Assembly (NCBI GenBank): GCA_028534125.1
Contig: CM052817.1
Span: 50,532,001-50,596,000, forward strand
Origin: Lama glama
Taxonomy: Eukaryota
Length of the DNA: 64,000 nt
Direction of reading: 5' to 3'
Position 1 is the stretch's first letter, and each line of letters begins with the position of its first letter. Below the pieces are notes generated by a model. It did no database searches, was not told where the DNA came from, and worked only from the letters and a program-made list of their open reading frames with translations. This document shows, in pieces, positions 38,672-50,675 of this stretch. The position numbers and the translations under genes were made by a program.

Positions 38672-39780
38672 CCTTTTCAAAGCTGAAGTATAATTGACAT
38701 ACAATATTATATTAGTTTCAGGTGTAAAAATAGTGATTGGATATCTATATATTACAAAATGATTACCACAGTAAATTCAGTTACCATTTGTCACCACACA
38801 AAGTTATACAATATTATTATTGATTATAGTCCCCATAGTGTACGTTAGAGCCCCATGATCTATTCACTCTATAACTGAAACTTTGTATCTGTTTATCCTC
38901 CTTGTTCATTTCATCTATCCCTCCACACTCCTCCCATCTGGCAGCCACCAGTCTGTTCTCTGTAACTGTGAGTCTGGTTTTGTTTTGCTTTGTTTGTTTT
39001 GTTTTCCAGATTCTGCATCATCAGTGAAATCATATGATATTGGTTTCTCTCTGACTTATTTTACTTAGCATAATACCCTCAAAGTCCACCTATGTTGTTG
39101 CAGATGGTAAGGTTTCATTCCTTTTTATGGCTGAGCAATATTCTATTGTGTATATATACACTACACCTTCTTTGTCCATTTATCTCTCAGTGTACATAGG
39201 TTGTTTCTATATCTTGGCTATTATAAATAATGCTGCAGCGAACATAGGGAAGCATATACTTTTTCAAATTAATATTTTGTTTCCTTCAAATAAATACCCA
39301 GAAGTTGAATTGCTGGATCATACGGTAGTTCTATTTTTAAGGTTTTGAGGACCCTCTTTTCTGTTTTCTATAGTGGCTGCATTTTACATTCCCACTAACA
39401 GCACACAAAGATTCCCTTTCTTCCACGTTCTTGCCAACACTTATTATTTCTTATCTTTTTGATAACAGATATTCTGACAGGTGTGAGGTGATTTTGATTT
39501 GCATTTGCATCACTGTGGTTTTGATTTTCATTTCCCTGATGAGTAGTGATGTTGACATTTTTCTTGTGTCTATTTGACATCTTTATGTCTTCGCTGGAAA
39601 AATATCTGTTCGGTTTCTCTGCCCATTTTTAATTGAATTGTCCTTTTTTTGTTATTGAGTTGTATGAGTTCTTTATATATTTTGGATATTAACCTTATCA
39701 GATATATGATTTTCAAGTATCTTCTCCTATTCGATAGGTTGTCTTTCTGTTTTGTTCATGATTCCCTTTGGTGGGCAGAA
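38672..39780 (-). mobile_element. L1 3' segment (3' UTR plus ORF2 end), non-inverted part of a twin-primed insertion
   Basis: tgaagtataattgacatacaatattatattagtttcaggtgta through gttattgagttgtatgagttctttatatattttggatattaac to ttccctttggtgggcagaa. Confidence 0.92.
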
Positions 39781-40053
39781 CAAAGCTGGAGGTATCATGC
39801 ACCCTTATTTCAAACTGTACTACAAAGCTATAGTAATCAAAACTAAAATTAACTAAAAATGAGTTAAAAACTTGGATGTGAGACCTGACACCATAAAACT
39901 CCTGGAAGAAAACATAGGCAGTAGTTTTTTTTTTATTTTTTATTTTTTTTGGCAGTAATTTTTTGACATCAATCTTAGCAATATATTTTTGAAACTGATT
40001 CCAAAGGCAACAAAAGCAAAAATAAGCAAATAATACTACACCAAACTAAAGAG
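39777..40053 (+). mobile_element. Inverted 5' segment of the same L1, with an internal deletion and a poly(T) insert
   Basis: Sense ORF2: agaacaaagctggaggtatca...caaagctatagtaatcaaaac / ccataaaactcctggaagaaaacatagg...actacaccaaactaaagag. Confidence 0.85.
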
Positions 40054-40794
40054 TGTCTTTTTTATTACTTGCAGAGAGCATTTCTTTTTATTGTTTATTG
40101 GTTTTAATCATGAATATCAAAGGCTATTTTAAAATTAAGTAATATTTGATTACCTCTTCTTACTGATAAAATAATACTTTGCTAAGTATAAACCACCTGG
40201 GGAAAAATGCAAAATTTTACAAACAAAATAAATCATTCTAACATTTAGTGATTATCACTATTAAGATTTTGATGTGTTTTCTTGCTACCTTTGTTTCCGT
40301 TTTAATATATGCACATGCATACTTTAAAATATTTATATATTTTGACTGAATCTTGCATTTCATGAATATTTCCTGGTATTATTAGCATGTTTTCTATCTT
40401 CTCAATATAATTTAGTGTAACTGATTTTGGTTTATTGTTGTAAATTTAAGCTGTTTCTAATTTTTTACCATCTTTGGACATATATTTGAATGAATCTTTT
40501 ATTTATAAGGATAATTTCTCGTTCTGAAAGATATAATGTCAGAAGCACTGTCTGAAAGTATAAAAGTCTAAAAATACAATCTCAAACTAAAACTATCTAA
40601 AGCTTTTTATAAATATCATTTTGTGTTCTGGGAAATCAACATAAATTCACATTCCCTGCAGTAAAGCGTGATTTACAGTTTTAAAAATTTCATCTTATCA
40701 AAGAATGGGATATATACTTCATGCAAGGGTACAATGTAAGGCATAGTTTTGCACTGGGTAGCTTTTGTTAAGAACTTTACGTTAATATTATGTG

Positions 40795-40985
40795 ACCACA
40801 TTTCCAAAACTGTTTCATGGAACACTATAGACAAAAGGGTTTTGTGGTCTAAAAGATTTGGAAAGCATTAAATATTAGGTTACTCCTTTTGGAGATTCAA
40901 AATGTACATTAATTTAATAAAGACTAAGATGATCTACAGTAAATGGGTACATCAGAACCAAATTAGACTCAGTGTATCCAAGACT
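40795..40985. mobile_element. Old hAT-Charlie-type DNA transposon fragment
   Basis: tttccaaaactgtttcatggaacacta...tttggagattcaaaatgtacatta...actcagtgtatccaa resembles MER112/113-class elements. Family uncertain. Confidence 0.4.
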
Positions 40986-41414
40986 CAAAGGAGCACAGAA
41001 TCCTATCCTTGTGTAACATATTATAATTTGCATATTCCACGGGATAAATGCTGGAATATAAAATCCTTGCCTAGTTCTAACTTGGAAGTAACCATATATT
41101 ATGGTAGAAGAGTTTTCTTTGTTTTATTAGTCTGCACTGATAAAATAATTAATCTTCTCTAATGAGGACCCAAAACAAAGAAACAAACTTGTCCTCTGTG
41201 TGAATGTACTACATGCTTAGCTATTAAATGATATTTGACTATACATATATATTAAAAATAATTGTGTTTAGTAATTCGAGAAAAATATGTAGAGACACTT
41301 TTCTTGTAAATTGGCTATTTTTGCCTTTCTAGAAAGGAAAACCTGATGTTTTAGTTTTTTTAATACCTCAAAACTGGCTCAATAGCTTAAAAAATTACTT
41401 TACTTGAAATATTA

Positions 41415-42170
41415 CTAGAATATTAAATGTTGGTGAGAATGTGAGAAGCTGGAACTTTTACACATGAATGTGAAGATTGTGTATTTATATGACTGCTGCA
41501 GAAAACAGTATGGCATATTCAGGAAGAGGTGAAGATATTCACAATGTATAACCAATACTTCTACTCCTAGCAGTATACCCTTTAAAAGCACTTGCCATAT
41601 ATACTCTTGAGAAACTATCACACATGCATGCCAGGAAACAGAAGTATGTCAAAGAGTATTTCTAAAGGAACTATTTGTAATTTTTTAAAAATTGAAACAA
41701 GCAAATTCCATGAGCCAAAGACAACATATATACATTGTGTTATGTCCATACACAATGGAGTACCACAGAGCAAAAAGGAGTGATCACAGTGAATCTAATA
41801 AGACAATGGATGTAGGCGATTGCAGAAAGTTCCTGAAGAGCATATACTTGACAATTCCAATTATATAAAGGTCAAAAGCAGGCAAAGCAGTCTTTTGATG
41901 AGAGATACAAATACATATGGTAAAACTGTTTAAAGTCTAGATATGACATCCTCCAGGATACAGAAAGGAAGCAATGAAATTTAGGAGAGGCATATATGGA
42001 ACTTTAAATGTTTTTTCCAACGATCTACTTAGGCTGGTGTGGGTAAATGGATGTTTGTTTATTTTTATTTTTTAAAGTATACATATCTTTATTGTATATA
42101 TATTATAATTTTATATATACATATATACAATATATTATATACTATTTTACTTTACGTAACATATATATAA
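41415..42170 (+). mobile_element. Old L1 (L1ME-like) ORF2 end and 3' UTR
   Basis: aaatgttggtgagaatgtgag...ggaact...gaaaacagtatggca...ttctactcctag...catacacaatggagtac...attccaattatataaaggtcaaaagcaggcaaa. Confidence 0.75.
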
Positions 42171-43794
42171 TATTATTGTGGGCAGTTAAAATACCTACCT
42201 AATTTTTAACTGATTTAACAATTATTTATGGGCATCCACTCTTTTTCCCTGATACTTATTGAAGTGCAGGGGATACGTGGATAAACAAATCAGCCTGAGA
42301 TCTTGTCTTATCTTTGCCTAATTTCCTTGATTTGGCATTGGTAAAGAATTTTTTTCTTTTTCAAGCAGGCTGAGCTTGTGGAATGGAAATCATTTAACAT
42401 GATAAATTCATGTACATGTAACATACAGAGGGAAGCAGAAATGAAGTCTCGTAAAAGTTGCCCTGCTAGAATTATTGTGCCATATCACCTCCAGAAATGT
42501 TTTATGGCTCATCATATTTCAATATTTGCTGTGGGAAATCTATGGGAAAGCAAGACTTGTCAATTGCTGATATTTATGGTAAACTTTTAGAAAGAAAAAT
42601 AAGAGTAATCATGCCATTTTAAAGAAGAACACTACTTTCCCTAGCCTATGAGGCAATAATTATTTACACCTGTTATTATCTGAAGTCAAATGGCTACTGG
42701 AATCTTACGCTGATTGAACATCACCACTGAAGGCAACATAGGAACAAATGCCCAGATCAAATCGTTAAGTGCTGTCAGAGACACTAAAGGTCTTTGACAG
42801 ATCATGGTATATGAGCTAAGCACACATGTATTTAACTCCACTTAAAGTTCCATGGTGCCAATCAACAGATCATTTTGAAATATGAAGTATTTAGCAAAGA
42901 TATAAACATTTGAAAATATGTTTTATAAAGTTGAAAAATCCTATTGAAATGACTGAAAATTTCTTATGCAGTCCATAGATTAAAGAAATGAATTAGAATT
43001 GGTTGGCTTGCAATGCAATAGAATAATTCAGGAGAATTGAGGCTTTTAGAACTGACATAAATCAATGAGCATACTTACTCAGGATTATCTATGGGCAGGA
43101 AACAATCAATGAGTTTGGTGAAATACTTTCTGAAAGCACAGCACCTTTCTGAGTTTACAGTCTAATATTAGTTTCTTTGAAAAAGGAGCTTTTAGACAAA
43201 GCATTTTTGCCTCATTCTTTTGGTTGAGCTGAGAGGAGAGAAAATAGCTTTTCCCAGGATGACTAGCAAATGCTTATTACACTTCTAGGCCCAAAATGTG
43301 TAAAGTGCATAGAGGTTTCAATAAAACCCTTTTCAAATCTTTCTCTCCTTTCCTTTAAGTCTTTCCTTGTTGGTTGATTTTTAACTGAGAATTGATTTTA
43401 ACTGCCCTAGCTGTGGGGTAGGGCACGGAAGGTGGGTCACTGGGGTGAAAGGATTCCCACAGAGGTAAGGAGGGTTTTTAAAATGACCCTTTGAGATAAA
43501 GCACTGCAAATATCAGAAGGAGTTCTATTTGACAGATCAGTGCTGACTTAGTAGAATTTTCCTCTCTCTTCACATTTCAATTTCACCTGCTGTTTCTTTT
43601 CCCTTTTTTTCCCCAAAGTTTGCTTGGTTGTGGGGTGTGGTGTTACTCTACTGGAATAATCTAATTTGCCATATTATTAATCATTAGATTATTCATGTAA
43701 GACCCAATGTTGACAAGCATCTTTAACATCATTTGATATGTCATTTAAAAAATAGTCAATAGCAGTATTGTGACTTTTGTTGTCTCAGGCTCTT

Positions 43795-44328
43795 CCAACT
43801 ATGTATTACTATTCAATAGTTTACCCCTAAAATAGCAGCTCAAAACAACCATTTTATTTGGATTATAATTTGAGGGGTCAGGAATTGGAGAAGGATTCAG
43901 CAAGACAATCTGGCCCTGATCCTCATGGCATCAGCTGGGATGGCTGGGGCTAGAAAACTAACTTGCAAGAATGCTTCTTCATTCTCATGTCTGGAGCCTT
44001 GCTACTTTGTGGCTTTGCTTTCTCTTCACATGGCATCTTGTTCTGCAGGTTCTCTCCAAGTGATTTGAGGTTCTTGAAGCATGATGGTCACAGGAGAGTC
44101 AGATTTTTTTTACATGGTGGCTGGCTTCCCCCAGAGTGAGCTTTCCAAGAGACTTGGCAAAAGCTCCAAGGCTTATGACCTAGTCTTGGAGGATATGCAG
44201 TGTCATTTCTGTCACATCCCATTGGTCAAAAGGAGTCATAGCAAAGATTCAGAGGGGGAGGGAAAAGTATATTCCACATCTCTGTGGGAAGTGTAGCCAA
44301 GAATTCTTGAGATTCTTAATCTCCAACA
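43795..44328 (-). mobile_element. MaLR LTR (MLT1H-like)
   Basis: aaaacaaccattttattt...gggtcaggaatt...catggcatcagctggg...tacatggtggctggcttcccccagag...gcttatgacctagtcttgga. Confidence 0.8.
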
Positions 44329-44842
44329 CTGATGCTCAAACTCTTGCTCTTCCACAAATTCTTCTAATCACCTTTGAAGTAGGTGCTTCCCAGAATGTAA
44401 CTCTTGTTACAGTAGAAACGATATGTGCTTGAAAGTAAAGTTAACAATAAATCCTGTCTCCTTCTTGTTCTCTGTGTAACTTTCATTATTTAACATGTCT
44501 AAGCCTCAGATTTCTCATATGAAAAAGTAGATAAAACATTTTTGAAAAAGACAGGAAATCAGAAAATGTTCCTAATGTGTGTAATGTAGTGCCTGAATTT
44601 TTTTACAAATCAGATTTTATTTCTCTAGTTCCTTCCTTGTGTTTTTTCCCTGGATCAGAGGTTTTCCCTTATAGAAAGGACACCTATAGCTTGAAACCTC
44701 TTGCTGCAATATGTCCTGAATATCACTTGCTACTGTTGAAAAAAAAAAAATCTTCCTAAACTTCCCTGTAGTCTGTCTCCACATTGTCTTGCACAGGCTT
44801 AGCCGCACATCTACTCAGAACGAGCCGAGGACTACACACTGT

Positions 44843-44935
44843 ACATTCAATCCTCAATCGATAGACATTTCTCAAGCACTTGCTAAGTTCCTGGAACCAT
44901 TGTACTTTCCTGAGATACAAACATGAATAAGACAT
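44843..44935 (-). mobile_element. L2 3' terminal fragment
   Basis: cattcaa...agcacttgctaagttcctggaaccattgtac...gagatacaaacatgaataagaca. Confidence 0.6.
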
Positions 44936-46083
44936 CTTTACATCTCCTCTGTTTTTTGCACCTTATATTCTAAGCTGAAATTCTGACTATGTCTTTAACG
45001 TAATGTGGTTACCACCATACATTATATTCTCCTTGCTCCTCTTGTCTCTCAGTTATCTTGACCACCAGCCTCTCTGTGAATCCTTTTCTTACACTCTCAC
45101 CTTCTACTCTAAGATCTTTCCTTGTTGTGACTCTTTATGACTATTGGTCATTTTTCTACCTCTATTTCCTAACAATACAACTGAAAACTAATTTTGATTC
45201 TCTGTCTTCCCAGTAGAGAAGCTAGCCCTCCACTCACTTTGTATTCAGGTGCTGCTCTGGGGTAATTCTTTTACCTGGTTCATTTCATTTTCAAGAGAAT
45301 TTATCTCATATGTACCCAACAAAGGCTTAAATCTAGATTTCTAGATGATCAAAAACAAAAGTAATATTCCCTTTCTCTGGAAACCACAAAGCTTTGGACC
45401 ATTGCCTTATATTTCAGTTATTTGTGTGCATATCTCTTAATTCTTATATTCAAATCTAGCTTTTTTGTGTATTTGAATCCCTTATAGCAAAATGGGTATT
45501 AATATGCCTAATTAATATTTAGAAAGAAGATTCATAAATCATTTTCACCAGTATGAAATAAATAAGGTAAATAAATTAGTTAACAAATTAAATTTTTTCT
45601 ATATAATTTTTAGCTTGTAGTGTTTTTATTTAAGTTTGACTTGTGGAAAGTTGAAAATGATTCAAATCAATTTCTGTGATATGCAATAGCTAATAATAGA
45701 TTCAAAACACTTAGGAAAGACACTTACCTTTTCTTTCCATTGACTTTTGCTGTAAAATATTGAAGTAGTAGTTTTTAAAGATATGAAAAAAGTATAAAGT
45801 GTTTAAAAATTATATCATTAATCTTAAATCTTAATCATAAAGCTTTTTTCTTAGTAAGTAGATTCTATATAGTTAGAGAGTTAGTTCTTATCAACTTCCA
45901 AATCACCTGTCTCTGTGTTCAACATTTCTTATTATCCTGAATCTATATTGCACCCAAGAATGCTTTCATGTCTAAGGTTATCTCTGTGGAAGAGAAAATA
46001 CCTAAGGCCATCTTAAGCTTGGGAAGTTTACTATCTTGATTAAATGAAGGATTAAATATCCTTTTGTTAAGTGGTGTGTTCTC

Positions 46084-46103
46084 TGTGTGTGTGTGTGTGT
46101 GTG
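46084..46103. repeat. (TG)10 microsatellite
   Basis: Seen directly. Confidence 0.9.
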
Positions 46104-46707
46104 GACAATTTCTAGGAAAATCTTAAGTCCTGGAATGTAAGGTTAGGTTGAGTGGCTACTTTCCTCTTAAATGAGGGATGGAGTGTTTCTCCTAAGCATA
46201 ACTTATATTTAAATATTGACGTAGAGAAGGGAGAATGATCATTCTTAGCAACTATGGTCAATATATTTCAAGTATAACTAGAGTTGGGAGTGATTTTTCA
46301 GGATAAAGGGCTCTGTGGCTCTTCAGTCTTACCATAGAGGAGACTGTAATCGGCTTCATAGATTCTACTACCTTTACAGGTTTTGCCTTAAAAGTTGTGA
46401 CTTGGAGGAAGTAGAGAATATTATTGTAGAATTACTACAACAGTATTAATGTACTCTCATCTGTCCATTTCAAAACAAACTATAAGGCCTGGGAAACATG
46501 CAGTCAGGGTTGTTCCTTTACACAATTTAGTTTTTCCTTTGCACAATAACTTATTCATTTGTTGATTATGTATTTCTGGAAAACCTATTTTGTATAAGGC
46601 ACTATGTTTATTCTTGGGAGTACACAGAAATGTATCCAACATTACAAAGGTTTATAGTCCTATAGTAAAAATTTCCATGTTATATACTCTATATTTGTTT
46701 TGAACTA

Positions 46708-46994
46708 CAGATGATCCTTGAGCAACACAGGTTTAAACTGTGTGTCCACTTACATATGGATTTTTAAAAATAAACATACAGTTGACTTTCCATGTTAGTG
46801 GGTCCCAGGTTCCACATCTGCAGTCAACCAACCACAGATTACCAATTTAATATGTGGTCTGCGGTTGGTTGAGTCCTCAGATGTGGAACCCGTGGACACA
46901 GGGGTGAGCATCCATGGGGACTTGAGCATCCATGAATTTTGGTATCCGCAGTGGGTCCTAGAAGTAATTTTCTGCAGATACTGAAGGACAGCTG
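46708..46994 (-). mobile_element. MER2/Tigger2-family non-autonomous Tc1/mariner element
   Basis: TA|CAGatgatccttg ... gaaggacagCTG|TA, i.e. TA TSDs with CAG/CTG ends. ttggtatccgcagtgggtcctagaa and gacttgagcatcc are MER2-type blocks. Confidence 0.82.
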
Positions 46995-47084
46995 TATATG
47001 ATATTTTAATTAGCATATTTCTATAACTGTTTATTAACACATTAATGATAATCCATTTTTATGCTTGATATTCTAGCCTAAATA

Positions 47085-47140
47085 TTTATAGGACACTCTT
47101 TTGTTTTCAAAAGTGTGCCAGTTTGGAGAATAAATTATAT
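47085..47140. mobile_element. MER94-like fragment abutting the Charlie element
   Basis: tcaaaagtgtgccagtttggagaataaattatat matches the right part of the 20003-20112 element. Confidence 0.55.
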
Positions 47141-47632
47141 CCATGGCTCTCAAAATGTAGTCTTAGAATCCCTGGGAGGGGGATAACTTAACATGCTTTC
47201 CTGGGGTCAGCAAGATCAAAATTAGTTTTAGAATATATTATAAAATTCTTTTCACTTTTTCACTCTCATTTTCTTGCAAGTGCAGTTTTCTAGAGGCTAC
47301 ATTATGTGTGTTATTGCAGCAGAAGCATATCCGAGAATATGACTTTTATTAAGTCAAATATTAAACAGATTTTATCAATGTAAAACAAAGCCATTTCTCT
47401 TACTAGTTGTTTTGTTTGGGGAAATGTATTATGTTAACATGTACTGTATTTATTTTACTTATACTGTTTTTGAATGAGTTTATAAATAAATATATATATA
47501 TTTATTCTCAGTTTTACTGTCTAATATGATGAATATTCTTAAGTATAACCCATACAAACATAAACCTTTTGGGGCCCTCAATAATATTTAAGAGTGTGAA
47601 AAGGTTTAAGGCTTAAAAATTTGAGAATTATG
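47141..47632 (+). mobile_element. hAT-Charlie element (Charlie4a-like)
   Basis: Ends ccatggctctcaaa / tttgagaattatg; internal ttttcactctcatt...ttttctagaggctacat...gcagaagcatat...aatgtaaaacaaagcca. Confidence 0.75.
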
Positions 47633-47737
47633 TTACCATAATTTTTTTCCTGTACCATTTTCACTTATCAGTTTGGATTTACTTCTCTTTGTGTCTTTCA
47701 AGTCATATAATTTTATTTTTCTAGATATGAACACACT

Positions 47738-48740
47738 TCCTCTCATTCTTTCATGCATTGAAGAAATACTGTGTGCCTTTTCTTGAGCTGAAAGCTGGGG
47801 ATACTAAAGTAAATGCAATTAATTTTGTTATATGAGAAGTAATTTTTAATCAATAAATCATTAAAACATGGAAAATTCACCTGTGGGAAGCTATAAATGA
47901 AAGCTATGTGGTTTATGTCTTCCTATTATATACATATTTTATTGAAGTTTTATAGTTGATAACAAAAGAATGAAATAATGCCATTTGCAGCAACATGGAT
48001 GGATCTAGAGATTATCATACTTAATGAAGTAAATCAGACAAAGACAAATATCATATGATATCACTTATATGTGGAATCTAAAAAATGATACAAATGTAAT
48101 ATTTTGATTTGACCTTAGGATGGACAGGAAACCTTTCCCTGAGAAGTTACATTTGAGCTGAAATATGAAGGCTGCAAGAGCCTTCGTGGTGTTCTGAGTA
48201 GAAGGAGCATCACAGAGAGAGGAAACAGAATATTCAGATGCTCTGTGCAAGGAGGGAGCATGAAAGAGCTGACTGAGCAAGAAAGATTCAGCAGATCCAT
48301 CTGGCACAAACGCAGTGACAGTAGAGTAGATGGAATCAGAATAAGAGATTCAGGTGAAGAGGGAGGTAGGGACCAAACTGTAAAAGGCTATGGAATTTTA
48401 TTTTAATACTAAGAACAATGTGAAGCCACCAAGAAAGTTTAAATGGGGAAAGGGATCACCTTGGGGTCATGTTTTGATTTCATGATTTGATGTCGGAGAT
48501 GATGGAGTTTGAGCTAGTCTAATAATTTTCAAGAAGTGGGGAAGTATTTAGGGGCAAAATTAATGTAACCTGTCAATTGATAAAATATGGGGAAGGATGA
48601 CAGGACTATGAACAGAATTCCTTTCATTAATTCATGCATTTAAGAAACATTTAAGAATTTAAGAAACTGATGGCACTAAGGAATTAGAGATTTCTGGGCT
48701 ATATAGCTGTCTAGATGGTGAAATATCTCACTTGAAGGGA
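47738..48740 (-). mobile_element. L2 LINE 3' portion, interrupted by a small L1 insertion
   Basis: gctggggatactaaagtaaat...tttccctgagaagttacatttgagctgaaatatgaagg...ggaattttattttaatactaagaacaatgtgaagccac. Confidence 0.7.
47936..48096. mobile_element. Tiny rearranged L1 insertion: antisense 3' tip plus sense upstream piece
   Basis: 47936-47963 matches the reverse complement of the L1 tip at 32630-32653; 47964-48096 matches L1 32165-32355 in sense orientation. Confidence 0.75.
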
Positions 48741-50631
48741 AGAGGGAAGCATGACTAGTAAAGGCCCAGAGCTTCTGAGAAATGAGAGTTCCTTGGAGCT
48801 GTCACATGCAGGCCTACAAGTCTACAGTGCTAAATAAGACCAACAGCCCAATAACATTGCTCTCGATGAAAACTGTTGTTTTATCCTCCTAAAACAGAAA
48901 CATAAATCAAGCTCAAACTGGTTTTGACATCCATGTGTTTTTATAGTCCTGGATTCCTTGATTTCTCATTTACTATGGCCAGGCACATCAGGGATCAGAA
49001 GTTATAAATTTTCTTCTTCAAATCAGTTTTTACTGTCTCATTCACCTAGTTGACAAGAGTGAGCATCCAGAATGGACTATGTTACTTGAGGATCCTTTAT
49101 AGTACTTAAAAAAATATTTTTCAGTGTAGTGTTTATGTAGACTTACAACAGCAGCAGTAAATCTCCATCAGGTTTTCTTGAAAAGTTGTCTGGCAATGGA
49201 GAAAGCCAGGTACCGGGCTAACTGAGTCCCATCTCTGGGAAGAAACTGAAATCTAGGAAGACAGTTATATTAACGCCCAGGCATCTCCTCTGTATATTGA
49301 AGTTGGTGAAAATTGCAACAGGACCTGTTGAGAAATATTGGAATCTGAATTTTATGGGGTCCTCAGTGAGATGGTTAATTCACACATGAGACCTGGAAAT
49401 GAAGTTGCCCTTTGGAAGCTTCCAGAATTCTGTTTCCTTTAAGACTTAATGAATGACATTTCGTGGATCAAGTTATGCTGAGAGGATGTGAGCGCAGCAG
49501 CTGTTGTACAGTTGATTGGATTTTGTGATTGAAAAGTTGATTATGATTGACTTTCTGATGATTCTTGGCTTAGAATTTGCTTCGTTTTGGGCTTTAAGGC
49601 AAATTTTACTTGTTTAGCATTGTAATTGTAAATTCCTTTTTTCTTTTTGTCACATGTGTAATAAGCTGAAATTCAACATTTCCATTTGAGTAGAAAGCTC
49701 ACCATATTATTAGCTAGAATGATTGTTCTTGTAAGGCAGTTCATCTGTGGCCAGTGATACTTGACACTTTATTCATTTGTGTTAAGGAATTTTAATTGAT
49801 TATGTGTTGATAGTTTTCAGAGCATATAAATCTTGCTTCCTCGGACATATACTGTTTAACATTTACCTTATCCCCAGTCTTTTCAGCTGAATTTTTAATT
49901 TTAGAATCAAATTTTTGTACCGATTTGCCCCATTTTGAGTTTTACTATAATTCAGCGAAAACACATTAAATTAAACTACATGGAATTGGAATGTAAATTG
50001 ATTTATATACTTATTGATTTGAAAGTATGAAATGATGAGGCTTTTAAGTTGAAATACATTACAAATGATGTCAGCCTCCTGCAATTTAAATTCCTTAAAA
50101 TTAACTTACCTGTTTACTTGTTAGCACTGATTTATGTCTTAGTTCTTGACGTGACCAGTACTTGAGAGATATAATATCATTTGTCTTACCAGTGTTTCAT
50201 AATTAAGACTATTTTGTCATTCCATCAGGAATTTCTCACTGTCCCCTCTAATTCTGAATAGTGTTTATGATACTTAGATGATTTTTTCCACCTGAGTGGT
50301 GTCAGTTTTAATGTCACAAAAGCGAAAGAGGCAAGTGAGTTAGTGATCTTATTAAGAAAGTTTTTGAATCCTCATTTTTTCTGTTCAGTTGGAAGTGTTT
50401 TCCACCTCACAGTCTTACGGATGTTTTATCAGAAACATAAAATAGCCAATAGTAATACATATAATTTAATAATATTCATTTTGTAAATATCAGTATGAAG
50501 CTATGTAGAGCTTTATGATTCCTTTTATTCTTCTAGCTACTCATACATGACTGTTAGCTTATAAAAAAACAATTACCACATTGATGATTGTGTTTCTGGC
50601 TATAAACTGTTGGATGTGAGAGTGTTTTCTG

Positions 50632-50633
<2 letters not shown>

Positions 50634-50662
<29 letters not shown>

Positions 50663-50675
50663 CAAAACAAAACAA
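50634..50675. repeat. (AAAAC)n pentanucleotide microsatellite
   Basis: About 8 perfect units. Confidence 0.95.

Noticed and set aside
50100..50112. Perfect minus-strand donor CAG|GTAAGT (similar lone donors near 9628, 19758, 34556 and 45722)
   Set aside because: No convincing partner acceptor or open coding exon; expected by chance in 64 kb.
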